A stretch of DNA of 63,234 nucleotides, the filler included, from Basidiobolus ranarum (lineage: Eukaryota): assembly GCA_040143965.1 (NCBI GenBank). It is 13 parts of 13 records of this genome, joined end to end, with 100 filler letters (N's around TTAATTAATTAA, not from the genome) between each part and the next. Parts side by side here need not be neighbours in the genome. Positions count along the whole stretch, not along the records: positions 24,403 to 29,175 come from JASJQH010008710.1; positions 29,276 to 34,048 come from JASJQH010008711.1; positions 34,149 to 38,920 come from JASJQH010008712.1; 10 more parts are not named here. One strand, written 5' to 3'. Positions 25,319 through 37,521 of this stretch are shown one piece after another (positions within the stretch are counted from its first letter, which is position 1; every line of letters begins with the position of its first letter). Both the position numbers and the translations under genes were made by a program. The notes beneath the pieces were generated by a model. That model did no database searches. It saw only the letters and a list, made by a program, of their open reading frames with translations, and was not told the origin of the DNA.

Positions 25319-27080
25319 TTAAATTAGTGTTAGTTTGCGTGCCATCCAGACCAGGAATAGTCCAAGGATTGACATAAAACACACTATAGCATAGAACCAG
25401 CTTAGGCTCTCTTGATCGTCCTGGCCGGGTACCTTGACGTTCATTCCCCATAACCCAGTGATGATGTTCATTGGCACAATCATCGAGGCAAGAAGCGTCA
25501 TTTTGGCTACAACGTCGTTGGTGCGGTTGGCTGTCTGGGTGATTTCGATGTTTATCTGGGCTAAATAATTGGCATGTGATCTAGACAGGATCTTTTCGTA
25601 ATGGTTGGTACTCTGCAGCATAGTAAGAATATGATCTATTATTATCAACAAGGAGCAGAGTTAGTAATGCAAGACATCCGTCAATGGCTTACTGGCTCAG
25701 GTACCTTCAATATCTCCCAGGTACAATCTGATATCTGCCACTGGATTGGGAAAGTCACCAGATGGCTTCATTAGTCGTTTGACAACGTCTGCTTTGGGGC
25801 CTAATAAGCGCAATAACCCCATAACCACTTTACGGGCGTATCCAATTCGGCGTAACATATCTGCTTGCTCAGTCTCCTTCAAAATCAGAACCAGTTCGTC
25901 TATGGAGTCGGCTTCAAATTCTATGTTTTGGATCAATGGTCCAAAAGCATCAGTAATATCATCGATAATGGCATAGTTGATCCAGTCTACGTATATAGGT
26001 TAGTTAAGGCCACTTGCTGAACTCTTACCAGCTCATGCACTTACCTGGTGTTACTGTAATAATGTTCTTTAGATGGCGAATTCTGCGAAGGACGTTGCTT
26101 ACATGAGGTATTGGACGGAAATGAAACTAGGGAGTTTCAACACGTCAGAATTGTAGCAAAATGTTTAAAGAGATGTAGAAACTAACCGTAATAATGCCTT
26201 CCGGCATGACAATATTGTACATACTAATAGGTTCCATATAGGACTGACTACTGGGATCCTGGTCAAAGGTGCGAAAACAAATGAAGTAATAATTTGTAAA
26301 AGCTTCGAATTTCTCTCGAGTTTCTTCTCCTTGAATATCTTCGGTGGTGAGAGGATGAATTCGGAAGACCTATACGACTGTTTGAGACCAAATGATCATA
26401 ATCTATTTAAGATAAGTGATGTTGTACACACCTTGCTTAAATCTTTAAGTTCAGCATCGGTTGGATTAAGTACGTCTATCCAAAAATGCTTCTCCAGTAG
26501 CCCAGGTAGAGTGTGTGTATCCGTAGCGAGTTCATGAAAAGATCGAGTATAGATCACTCCGGCTTCATCTGAGAAGAACATAAAGCGGTAGTGTTCCTCC
26601 TTAGATATTATTAATTAGTGTTATAACAAAGGATGCCTTCTGAATAGAGGAATGTACCTGAATTTTGGTGGAATATGTCTGAGACTTTAAAGTGTCTTGT
26701 TTTACTAGTGAGGGACGAAATGTAGGAGATGGTAAATCATCTCTGGCGTTTTCATTTTCCTCCAAATATAGCTTTAGTGCCTCAAAATCGATGCCTTCCT
26801 CCTCAACCCCGGTAACATCTCTTGGGAAATAAACCTCCTCTTGAGATAAAGCGCTAGAGGAATCAAACGCTCCCTCGTCGATATTGAAGGCGAGGTAAGG
26901 CGGTATGCTATTTGGATGATTCTGATCGTCATCACAAACTTCGATTCTCACTTCTACTCCAGAAGAGCCGTAAGCATTACTACCTATAGAGCAACTTAAT
27001 AATGGAGTAGTGGGAGAAGAACGTTCAGAACGAGAGGGTACTATTTCACTTGATGAAATAGAGGGATTTGAACCAGGCAT
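25319..27080 (-). CDS. CorA-family Mg2+ transporter (Alr1/Mnr2-like), multi-exon
   Basis: FWIDVLNPT, FRIHPLTTEDI, WINYAIIDDITDAFGP, NIITGLWGMNVKVPG (GMN motif), two C-terminal TM helices. Confidence 0.93.
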
Positions 27081-27669
27081 CCGAAAGAAACCGTAGTTGT
27101 TGAAGAGTAAAGAGAGTTAAGTTGAAAAAAATGATATATATCAGACAGTGCATAAAGTTAAGTCGTTGATTATAATCGAGCAAATTATATGGACAATTTA
27201 TTACCGTTTGTTTATCTAAAGCAGTGAAGACTACTAAATCTGGCCGATCTAATAGTGCTTATCTGTCGGTAGTTCAAGATAGCCAATTGCAGAATGGTAA
27301 TTATCCAAAAAGGTATTTCCAACGATGTTCCTGATTTTTTAATTTACTCTGCTACGGCTACTAGTTCATGTGGATTTTGGTTTTACATGATCTCGCTTGT
27401 ATAATGATGTCATATTTGTAATTGGAAAAATGGTATACTCTACTATACAATCCAATAGAACACTCCTAATTTCTTATTGTAGATGGAAACCAGAATGATA
27501 TTACCGAAAATGCCATTTATGCTAGTGATTGTTGTTTTCTAAATACTCATTTTTGATCAAAGCTTAGGTATTTTTCCGGGAATTGCAGCTACTACAGCTT
27601 CTGTTAATCATTCAACCTCTTTCTTAGCTCATATAATAATATGTTGTTATTGTGTCTCTTTGTGATGGA

Positions 27670-28810
27670 GGCATTTATAGTTTTTTCAAGATATAAACTG
27701 ACTAACATGTGGAGTGCGTTAAGGATGGTCCCAGGAGCATATGTGCAAAGTTTGGGGCTTCTACCACAAGTTTGAAAAATCTGAATATCTGAGAACTTCT
27801 AAGTTGGTAAGTATATACTAAGCAAGTTCCAATTGAGAATAATGGGTAATATCCTAGTGATATTCATGATAACTAAGCACTAAGCTATATATGGTATAAT
27901 TTCAACACTCTCCCTCAACTAAATAGTCATATATACTGATCCTAAGCAAGGTCTAAATTTCTCAAATTTTGGTCTAGCTAATGGTTTGGTTAATATATCA
28001 GCAATCATGTCCTCTGCAGAGCAATTGGTTAAGTCCATAGACTTATTCTCTCTAGTCTCTCTAAAAAAAGATGTCTAATAGCTATATATCTGCTTCAATT
28101 GTGAAACATGGAATTTCTACCTAATTTGATTCAACTTTGATTATCTTGAAATATTATAGTAGTGAATTTTGACAATAACCAAATCAGTTAAGAGTTTTCT
28201 TTACTAAATTGCTTCTTTTGTTGTTTCACAAGCAGCCATGTATTTTGCTTCTGTTTTGTAAAGTGATATAGTAGGTTGTTTCTTTGAATTCCAAGAAATA
28301 GCTCTATTGCAGCAAAGAAATAAGTATCCTGTGGTAGCTTGCATCTTCAATATCTCTTCCTGAGTTTGAATCTGAATATCTTATCAGGTCAAAGTCTGAT
28401 TCAAAATATGTACATATTAAGCACCAATCCACATTACCCTTCAAACATCTGAAAATCTGCTTGACTGCTATCATTGGAGCAGACACATAATTTTAAAGCT
28501 ATTGGCACAAAACTTCCACCATTTATGCAATATCTGGCCATGTTCAAGCCATGATGCACCTCCTAGTATCAACCATAGATTGATAAGGAAACATCTGGCT
28601 TTCATTTGAATCCAAAAACATCCAATTTGAGCCATATTTGGTCAAGTTAGGATTTGTCTCCATTAAGGTAGACACTGGATTCCATTCTTCCATTTAAACA
28701 TCTTTAGTGTATCTACAATCTACTTAGACTGGTTTAAAGTTATTGCTTTGGTAGCTCTATTTATTTTAACTTGAATTCCCATATAGTATGTCAGTTAACC
28801 AAGAGCAGTA
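27670..28810 (-). mobile_element. Decayed Ty1/copia 3' part (RT end, RNase H, PPT, partial LTR A)
   Basis: YSDSNSGRDIED, AEAKYMAA, MIADILTKPL; PPT beside the LTR at about 27908. Confidence 0.85.
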
Positions 28811-29175
28811 CCCTAACAAAAATAAAATCAATTTGATCCAGATTGGATCCACTCTCCAAAAGAGCAAAACCATCAGAGAACCATCACATTATTGGTGGCT
28901 TGCATTCTGCCAGGGATTTTGTTGGTTTGACAGTGGTTTCTTGATGGTATTCTGACAGTATTCATACATGTTAAAATATTGATCCTCAAATTGGCATGTG
29001 TTATTCAATATCTGGCAATTTTGCAAAATATAATTTTTTAATGGCAAATTACTGGGTTTACTGCTGTAGGGATTCAAATTAATATGCATGCCTTTATTTA
29101 GATATTTTAGGCTTTGTATTCCAGCCATAATGAGAATCAAAAAATACAAGAATCTTGTTGTGCTTAGTCTCTACA
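28811..29175 (-). mobile_element. 3' terminus of a CACTA/CMC DNA transposon inserted in copia RT
   Basis: Begins CCCTAACA; homologous to 37522, 38734 and (reversed) 40119. Confidence 0.75.
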
Positions 29176-29275
29176 NNNNNNNNNNNNNNNNNNNNNNNNN
29201 NNNNNNNNNNNNNNNNNNNTTAATTAATTAANNNNNNNNNNNNNNNNNNNNNNNNNNNNNNNNNNNNNNNNNNNN

Positions 29276-29508
29276 ACAAGACTGGACAGGGAAGATACTT
29301 TGGCAAGAACCTTTATTGATTACTGGCATTGTTTAGACCAAGATCTGATCAGGGAATACATGGGGCTTATATAGATATTGCAAGGTGAAACATAATATAC
29401 TGAATCAAGAATATAGTGAGCAAAGTTCAAGTGTTGGGGTGTTGGGGACTACAAGGACCAATACAAAGAGCAATGATGTAAGGATGATCTGGTGACCTTT
29501 GTTTGTCA
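29276..29508 (-). mobile_element. LTR family D fragment
   Basis: Minus strand starts TGACA, then TATATAAG and AATAAA; homologous to 15175-15280. Confidence 0.55.
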
Positions 29509-30353
29509 TTCCAAGAGAAACTTGTGGTTGAAGACTTTTCCCTCCTAGCATAGTAAGTATTATGTCTACACCAGCCCCCACAATGGAAGATAGCATGCAA
29601 GCTCTTACTCAACTTCAGCAGGAAACTAAAGAACTTTGTGGTTCTCTTGCTCAAGTACAGAATGCAGCCCACCTACCCTGCAAATCCAACTCCTGAACCC
29701 AAGATCTCCTTACCAAATAATTGTGATGGCACCCACCAAAACTATTGTGATTTTATCAACCAAATAAAACTCATCATTCATTGACTTTCCCATTGCTACC
29801 CCTCTGACCAAACAAAAGTAGGCCTAGTGTGAACATTATTATCAGGAACAGCTCTATCTTGGTTGCTCCTTTGATAAGAAGGCAATCCCCACTACTTTCA
29901 AACTACCTTGCCTTCTTTGCTAAACTCAAAGATACATTTGAAAATGCAGATAAGGAAAGAACTTTGGTCACCAAGCTCTAAGCAATCAAACAAGGGTCAA
30001 TGCCTGCATCAACTAATGCTGCAGAATTCCACCTTCTTGCCTGCAATCTCAATTGGGGAGAATCTGCCCTGTTCAACCAGTTCCAATTTGGACTCTAAGA
30101 AAATATTAAGGATCTTTTACTCACTATGGATGACTCAGTGACCGTGACTGATGCTATCCATCAGGCTGTTAAACCTCACAACCAGTTGTTTGAAAAACAA
30201 CCACAAAGAAATATGGCTCCTTTCTACTCTCCTTCTGCATCCACTTTCAGATCTCCCTTCCATGAAACACAAAATTCAGCTCAAGCAGATGACCCTATGT
30301 AAATTGATGGAGCAAAATTCTGAAAGATCAGCCTTGAGGAGAAATACTTATGC

Positions 30354-31439
30354 TGTAATGGTGTAGTGTCGCTACCAACTGGCAAGTTAATTTATTTCCA
30401 CTGCAACCTCAGATCATTAATATTGCACAATCTCTATATTATTATCCATATTTGACTTCCCCATACTTTCTAGCCAATTGTATCACACCATTAGTATTTT
30501 CACCTATTGTTTCAGATTTATTGTATTAACCCCCATTAGCCTTCTTTTTTTTGTAAAATTCTACAATTTCTAGAACATTCCACAAGATTCTTGGAATATT
30601 TGATGATGGATTAAATTTTGGCCAATCAAAACTTGATTTTGCCAGAACATTCCATGACTTTCTGGATTATTCTACAATCTTCCAGAACATTCTGTGGATT
30701 ACTAATCTTATGATTTAAGATGCTATCATATCTACCATTGCCCATCAATAGAGTTCTCAGGAATTTTACAGAAATTGTTGTTAGTAATCATTTCTATCTT
30801 CAGAAAGGTATAAATAGTTGCAATATCTTTTCAAATAAAAATCATCCTGGTTTTCAATTAACAGTTACTACTTGTGATCACCCCTTAATTCATCACCACT
30901 TGCAATACCTTTGAAGAAAAAGCTCAACAGAGACTACAAGAGACAGTTACAGGCTACTTCATGACTAGAAAGGACTTGACTGGCTCAAAGGAAGTACTGA
31001 CAGGTAGGTATTATATTTCTGATACTTTATAATATTCCCTAGCTTTGTCTGCACAGGCAAGGAACTTTTCATATCCTTAGATAAATCACTACTAGTGCAT
31101 CCTTGTTCCAGACCATCCTGGCTAAGTTTACTGTTGTTTTTGAATGGATATACACCTTTTATCTCATCATTCTCAAAGGATGTTAAAACAATTATATTCT
31201 GTTGTCAGGCACCAGCATATTACTCAAAAGAAAGCTGGACATTGAATTGTGGCTTATCATTCCTTAGATATTTCTAGAGGCTCTATTCCCTTTCACAAAA
31301 ACCCAAGTGGGAAGAGACAGACCCATATTAAAGTATATCCCAGATTTATTCAACCGTGGTTATTGCACCCTTTGAACACCTCACAAAACCCTTAGAATAT
31401 TGCAGTTATAGTCACTGCTTACACCCTAAAACAACTACA
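30354..31439. mobile_element. About 1.09-kb solo LTR inserted in gypsy gag
   Basis: TGTA...TACA ends, near-TSD ATGC/ATAC; interrupts gag just before the zinc knuckle. Confidence 0.65.
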
Positions 31440-32527
31440 ATACCAACAAAAGAATCTATGCATCTATTGTGGAGCTCCTGGACAAGTAGCCAGAGCCTGT
31501 CCAAAAAGGAATGCTGGACTTAATATCAACAAGATGCAAGTATAAAAGAACCCTTCCCAACCATTGGGAAACTTCAAAACCTGGCTGCAATATTAGGCAT
31601 GCAGTTGGGCTAACCATCTTCAAACTGTTTCTTCACCATACACAGCAAACTCTGCAGTCATACCAATCATTAAAGATGCCCATTATACTCCTACTGCCAA
31701 ATTCTAAGTTAATAAAAACAACTGCACTTCTTGCTTCACATGCTTCCTCTGGTTTTATTGACTCTGCCTTTGTCAAATCCCACTCTACCACAGCAATCAA
31801 GAAACCTAGTCCCATCCATGTAGAAGTAATAGATGGAATGCAGCAATCATTGGGTGCTGTTACACATGAGACAACCTTTATGATGCTCATGTTCACTGCT
31901 CATCAAGAACCAACAGCCGTCAATTTCATTTCTTCTTCTCAGTATCCTATCATCCTTGGTATCTTTTGGCTCATGCAGCACAACTCAGTAATCAATTGGA
32001 AGAAGAAGATTATCATGTTCAAGCAAGTACCACCTCCTAGTACATATTTACCAACCTGTAAACAATCCAACTTACCATTGGCCCAAATCCTTAGAATATC
32101 CACAAAGCTAATACAATGTTGCTGAAAAGCTAAAATCAGTAAAATGTATATTTCCTAAACTCCCACCCAAATACTTAGCCTTTGCTAATGTTGTTGACAA
32201 GAAGAAATCCAAAATAAACCCTGCTCATCACCCATATGATTGCCCTAGAGATCTACAAGAAGGAAAACAACAATCATTTGGGCATAGCTATGGGTAGACC
32301 CTGCCAGAACTCAACATTCTAAAGAGGATATTGCAGAAAACATGGAGAAAGAATGTATCTAACATTCAAAGTCTCCAGCAGGCTCTCCAGTCATATTTGC
32401 TAAGAAACAGGATGGATCTCTCCATCTTGGTTGATTATCAAGGCTTAAATAGCAGTACAGTCAAAATTGATACCACCTGCTATTAATCAACTCAATCTTG
32501 GATCAGCTTGCTGCAGCCAATGTATTT

Positions 32528-32844
32528 TGTTGGATAATTAATCTTTATTCAACATCATAGTTAACTTTAGGTATGATCCATATATCAGAAATAGGAAGCA
32601 ATGTATCTATAGCCCCTATATACTAAATAGGAATATCTCTGTATCTATTTAACCAGTATGTCTCATTACCCCCACTTTTCTATTATATCTTTTTACACGA
32701 ACTGCTGAATATCTCATACAATTGACTTACTTTTCTACTATATAAGTCACCACATACTTTTAAGAATAAAGTAAGTAAAGCACACTATCATAGGTTGCTT
32801 CTAATACTCAAAGTATAACCCCATTATGTCAAGATCATCCAACA
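32528..32844 (+). mobile_element. Solo LTR family C inserted in gypsy RT
   Basis: TGTTGG...CCAACA, TSD TATTT/CATTT; splits the RT motif ANVF|TQSDLRGAY. Confidence 0.85.
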
Positions 32845-33611
32845 CATTTACACAGAGTGATTTAAGAGGTGCTTACAGTCTTGTAAGAATCAAACCAGGA
32901 GCCCAACACAAACTCCCTCTAAGTTTGCCTTTTAGTCAAAAAAGTTGTCTGCAGCAAAAGTCAACTATGACATCTATGACAAGGAACTATTAGCAAAAAT
33001 TGCTGCATTTGAACAATAGCCACAATACTTGGATGGAGCAGATCACTCAATCACACTCTATTGTGATCATAAGAATCTTCAGTATTTTAGCACAACCAAA
33101 GTTCTCAACCACCATAAAGCTATTGGTCATCATTCCTCACCAGTTTTGATTTTGTGAATACCTATTGACCAGGTAGCCAGTGAGGAAAACTTGATGCCTT
33201 GTCTTGTAGAGCAGTATAGCAGCCTGAAGAAGGGGATGAGGCCTTTGGGCAATAAATTACTTCCTTACTGCAACCCCATCAACTTCCAATTAGTGCAACT
33301 GCTCTTTCTGAGCCTAAATTAAGTAAATCAATGCAGACATCCACAAACTTCAATCTGAAGACCCATGGGTAATATCAATCAAGAAAACCCAGGATACACC
33401 AAAAGGCCTCTCAAGCTTCAACATATAGCACCATTTCTCTCTCATCAATGATCTCTTGTTTTATAAGAAGCACCTTTACATTCCAGATGACACTCCCAAG
33501 CTCAAAATGATGCAGGAGAGACATGACTTACCACTTGCAGGACACTTTGGTATTGCCAACTCATATGTGTTGGCATCCAGGGATTATTGGTGGCCCAAAA
33601 TGTTTGGACTT

Positions 33612-33707
33612 CCCTAACAGATATTTGACAATTGTTATTGTAGGAAAACCATCAAATTTAATCTATTTTGGACTTACTATTTACTTACCTTCATAAAAGC
33701 ATCAGAT
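33612..33707. mobile_element. Probable opposite terminus of the CACTA/CMC family
   Basis: Gypsy integrase is cut exactly at CCCTAACA; the inner sequence differs from the other four ends. Confidence 0.45.
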
Positions 33708-34048
33708 TGTTGAAGTTTATTATCTTTATCATATTTGTTATCTCTATCTTTATACACCTAACTATTTCATATATCACATACAAGTTAGTTAACATTACTT
33801 AGTCAAATATCACTTAGCCAAAAATTGGAACATATATTATATATATATGTGAATAATGTGAGAATTAGCAATTCCATATTGGAAAATTCAAACTCATCCA
33901 AATTGCCCCAAAAATAGCTCATTTTACTCCTGCAGATGTTCTGAACACAACCCCAGTGTTAGTTTTCTGTATTTCCACCAAAATGTATAAATGCTTTATT
34001 TCTGGACAATAAATAATTATCTCACAAAGCTATTCACAACTCTACTTT
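33708..34048 (+). mobile_element. LTR family B (truncated by contig end)
   Basis: Starts TGTTGAAG; matches 4888-5073 and 14650-14756 in reverse. Confidence 0.75.
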
Positions 34049-34150
34049 NNNNNNNNNNNNNNNNNNNNNNNNNNNNNNNNNNNNNNNNNNNNTTAATTAA
34101 TTAANNNNNNNNNNNNNNNNNNNNNNNNNNNNNNNNNNNNNNNNNNNNAC

Positions 34151-34558
34151 TGCGACAAGGAGCTCCTTTCTAAAGTGGATGTTGGTATGGCAAATATTCA
34201 CCCCTATTTTGCAGGTGTTGCTGCTGAGAATGGTGCCAATTGGACGTTTGAATACCTTGAAGACAGTGTTAAAGTCAATGCGAAGTCCAATCAAGATGTG
34301 ATCATCTCTGAAGTAGGCTGGCCAACAGAAGGAAAAGCGGAGATGGCAGCAGTAGCCAGTGTGGCTAATCAACAAAGACTCATGGATGACTTTGTGTGCG
34401 AAGCGAATAGAAGAAAAATAAAGTACTACTGGTTTGAAGCTCTGGATTTGAAGTGGAAAACCAAGGAGTGGACTGTCCTGGAAGGCCACTGGGGAATACT
34501 CACGGAACAGAAAAAAATTAAGGTTAAACTCCCCAATTGTCCCATTGAAAACTACTAG
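34151..34558 (+). CDS. GH17 beta-1,3-glucanase/glucanosyltransferase, C-terminal part
   Basis: VDVGMANIHPYFAGV, VIISEVGWPTEG (nucleophile motif), YYWFEALD..WK, EGHWGIL. Confidence 0.9.
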   Translation, partial: CDKELLSKVDVGMANIHPYFAGVAAENGANWTFEYLEDSVKVNAKSNQDVIISEVGWPTEGKAEMAAVASVANQQRLMDDFVCEANRRKIKYYWFEALDLKWKTKEWTVLEGHWGILTEQKKIKVKLPNCPIENY

Positions 34559-35020
34559 ATTGTCCATTGAATAACCATTTTCCAACCCTCTAAATACCCA
34601 ACCTTAATATTGTTTCTAATCTATTATAAATAAATATACAATTCTCTTGTATCGTGAAGAGGAAGTTCTCGAGTCAATAGGTTGTTGTCACATATTGATT
34701 ACTTGCCAAGTTGGTCCGGCTATAAATACATTATAATAATAAATACATTTCGTTCCAAAAATAGAATCTCTTATTCCATAACACTTTCCGGGTGAAGTTA
34801 ATACACAACACTTTCTGGCCAGCTGAATTCCTGGTCAATTGACAGTAACTTATTTCATGCACGTCACGTGGCCGGTTTCCGCAGTATTTGCTGCACTTTT
34901 AGAGAGACAATTCTCAAACGTCATACTAGGAAGCAAACTATCATTCACTACTAGAATCTTTAAAAGGTATGCACCAGCGCGAACAAAGGTTGACTAGATA
35001 AACTTCATCACAGATACAAA

Positions 35021-35710
35021 ATGACCTCTGTCGATTTGACTTCTTTAGCTTTGGGGTACTTACCCTTTATCAAAGTTATAGACGATGTATACACAGTGGA
35101 GGAGTGTAAAAGATTAATCCGGTTGTCAGAATATCATGGTTATAGTGATGAACCGACAAACAAATTTGGTCAGATTGTTAACAGTCCTCGTATTCGCAAC
35201 AACCGTAACGTAAATATAGAAAACGGCTTCGAAACACACGAACTTTGGTCACGAATTAAAGAGCATATTCCTCAGTACTGGATGGATAAGCCAGTTGTTG
35301 GTTTAAGCAAAAGCCTTCGATTTAGTAAATACACACCGGACCAATATTTTTATGCTCATACGGATACCAGTTTTTACGACGAATCTAACTCAGGAAGTCG
35401 TATCTCAGTTGTACTGTATCTAAATGATGAAGACTTAGAGGGTGGTCACACTCGGTTCTTTTCAGTAGAAACCATGGAATTCATTGACATCGTCCCCAAA
35501 GCCGGGAGAGTTCTTGTCTTTGAACATGAGATCTCTCACGCCGGTTTATCTGTAAAGCAGGGCGTCAAGTATTGTTTACGTACCGATGTTATGTACTCTT
35601 TAGGAATCCAGAACCACGCAAGTGTCTTTGGAAATACGCACGTTCAAGGATCACAAACCGGTGGCTTTTTCGCACCAGGCGTAAACAAACCAGTAGTAGG
35701 GTTTGACTGA
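35021..35710 (+). CDS. 2OG-Fe(II) oxygenase, prolyl-4-hydroxylase-like, intronless
   Basis: EECKRLI, RNNRN, LRFSKYTPDQYFYAHTD (HxD), YLNDEDLEGGHTRF, LVFEHEISHAG..VKQGVKYCLRTDVMY. Confidence 0.9.
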   Translation: MTSVDLTSLALGYLPFIKVIDDVYTVEECKRLIRLSEYHGYSDEPTNKFGQIVNSPRIRNNRNVNIENGFETHELWSRIKEHIPQYWMDKPVVGLSKSLRFSKYTPDQYFYAHTDTSFYDESNSGSRISVVLYLNDEDLEGGHTRFFSVETMEFIDIVPKAGRVLVFEHEISHAGLSVKQGVKYCLRTDVMYSLGIQNHASVFGNTHVQGSQTGGFFAPGVNKPVVGFD

Positions 35711-36200
35711 AGGGATTCCTAAAGTAGTTACAATTTCTATCTTTTATCTATGAAGCTAAAGATCTTTCATATATAAGCTTATTTGCAAATAGTAATAAAT
35801 CACATAACAATAACATTTTTATATATTAAAAATTTATTTTTTGTTGCCTAGTTAATATTCCATACCTCCTAAAAACTGCAGGATATTATTTGACTTTCCT
35901 GTGCTTACTCCTTTGACATACTGAGTCAATCCTGGTTTTACATACAGAGCTTTCCACCGGATGGGCCTGAACCATTGGATACTAGGATTGAACAGGCTTG
36001 TGACGAACATGTGTACCATTTTGCTTTGCATTGTCTGCTTGTTCTATACCACTGTGCACAGCCACCAAATCTCAAGTTTTCTGATAGAGGGCCTAGTTGG
36101 TTGTAGGCAGTATTTTGAGTTACCCAAATAGTATCCGCTACCTCCTGAGGCTCAGCATAAATCCGTAAAGTGGTGTATTAAGGTGGTTGAAGCTCATAAG

Positions 36201-37521
36201 TGTTAAGGTATTTTGGGAGCCTGTTGGGAGTGGTTGGAAGAATTAGAGAAATTGGTGGTTTTCACTTATGATTTATTGAGTAGAAAGTTGACATTTATAG
36301 TTTTGCCAAGATGTAAGCAAACTAACATGTAGAATATGCAATGAAGGTCCTAGGAGCATGTGTGCAAAGTTTGGGGCTTCTAGCATGAGTTATCAAAATC
36401 TACATATCTGAGAACTTCTAAGTTGGAGTCAATATACTATGTAAATTCCAATTGAGAATAATGGGTAATGTCTTAGTTCAATATAGAATAGCTAAATAGT
36501 AAGCTATACATGACTATATAGATGCTTAGACAATGCTAGTTTCAACACCATTCCTCAACTAAATAGTCATAAACTAATTTTAAGGAAGGTCCAAAATTCT
36601 TTAATTTCTGTCTAGCTAATGGTCTGGTCAATATATCAGCAATCATGATGTCAGTAGAGCAATAAGTTATGTTTATCAGCTTATTCTCTATAGCTTCTCT
36701 AATAAAAGGATGTCTAATATCTATATATTAGCTTCTATTATGTAACATGGGATTTCTAGCTAATTAGATATAACCGTGATTATATTGGAATATTGTAGTT
36801 GGTGAATTTTGAGAGTAGGCCAAATCTGTTAAGAGTTTTCTTAGCCATATTGCTTCTTTTGCTGCTTCACTTGCAGCCATATATACTGCTTCTCTTGTTG
36901 AAAGTGCCATGGTAGGTTGTTTCTTTGAATTCTAAGAAGTAACTTCATTGCAGCAAAGAAACAAGTATCCCATTGTAGATCTCCTGTTCTCAATAACTCT
37001 GCCCAATTTGCATATGAACATCCCATCAAATAAAAGTTGTATGCAGAGTATGTGTATCTTTGGCACAGATCCACAGTTCCTTTCAAATATCTGAAAATCT
37101 GCCTAATTGCTATGATTTGATTGAATCCAAAATTTTGAAGAAAACAGCACATAATTCTCATCAGGCCATGCTCCAATCTTGATGTACATCAAACTACCAA
37201 CTATAGATAAATAAGGAAAATGTTGGCTTTCATTTGAATATAAGAATATCTGATTTGAGATATTTTGGTCAAGTTGAGATTTGTCTCTATTGGGATAAAC
37301 TGGATTATATTCTTTCATTTTAAACTTCTTTAGTATATCTGGAATATTCTTGGTCTGGCTTGTAGATACTATTTTGGTGATTCTGTCTATATCAATTTGG
37401 ATTCAAAGATAGTATGTTAGTTCACCAAGATAAGTCATTTTGAATTTGGCAGATAAGCTGAATTTGGTTTTCTCCAAAGTCTTCAAATCATTGGTTACTG
37501 CTATAAGATTGTGTAAATATA
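36201..37521 (-). mobile_element. Decayed Ty1/copia 3' part: complete LTR A (36201-36547), PPT, RNase H, RT
   Basis: PYLSIVGSLMY, RQIFRYLKGT, YANWA, MIADILTRPL; cut by a CACTA insertion at 37522. Confidence 0.88.

Larger units (their letters stand above)
29583..33611 (+). mobile_element. Decayed Ty3/gypsy (Tf/PEG10-like gag) retrotransposon with nested insertions
   Basis: Gag PEPKISLP..DG; degenerate zinc knuckle CIYCGAPGQVARACP; protease ALLASHASSGFID; RT SKSPAGSPVIFAKKQDGSL and DLRGAYSLVRI; RNase H NYDIYDKELLA and DHKNLQYF; integrase HDLPLAGHFG..RDYWWP. Confidence 0.9.

Noticed and set aside
26600..26636. GCATCCTTT as a U12-type donor in the CorA gene
   Set aside because: It would give an intron of only about 37 nt; an in-phase canonical GTACAT donor at 26657 explains the junction
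36191..36200. PBS-like CTTATGAGCT beside a 3' LTR (tandem element?)
   Set aside because: No gag sequence follows, and the match is short enough to be chance
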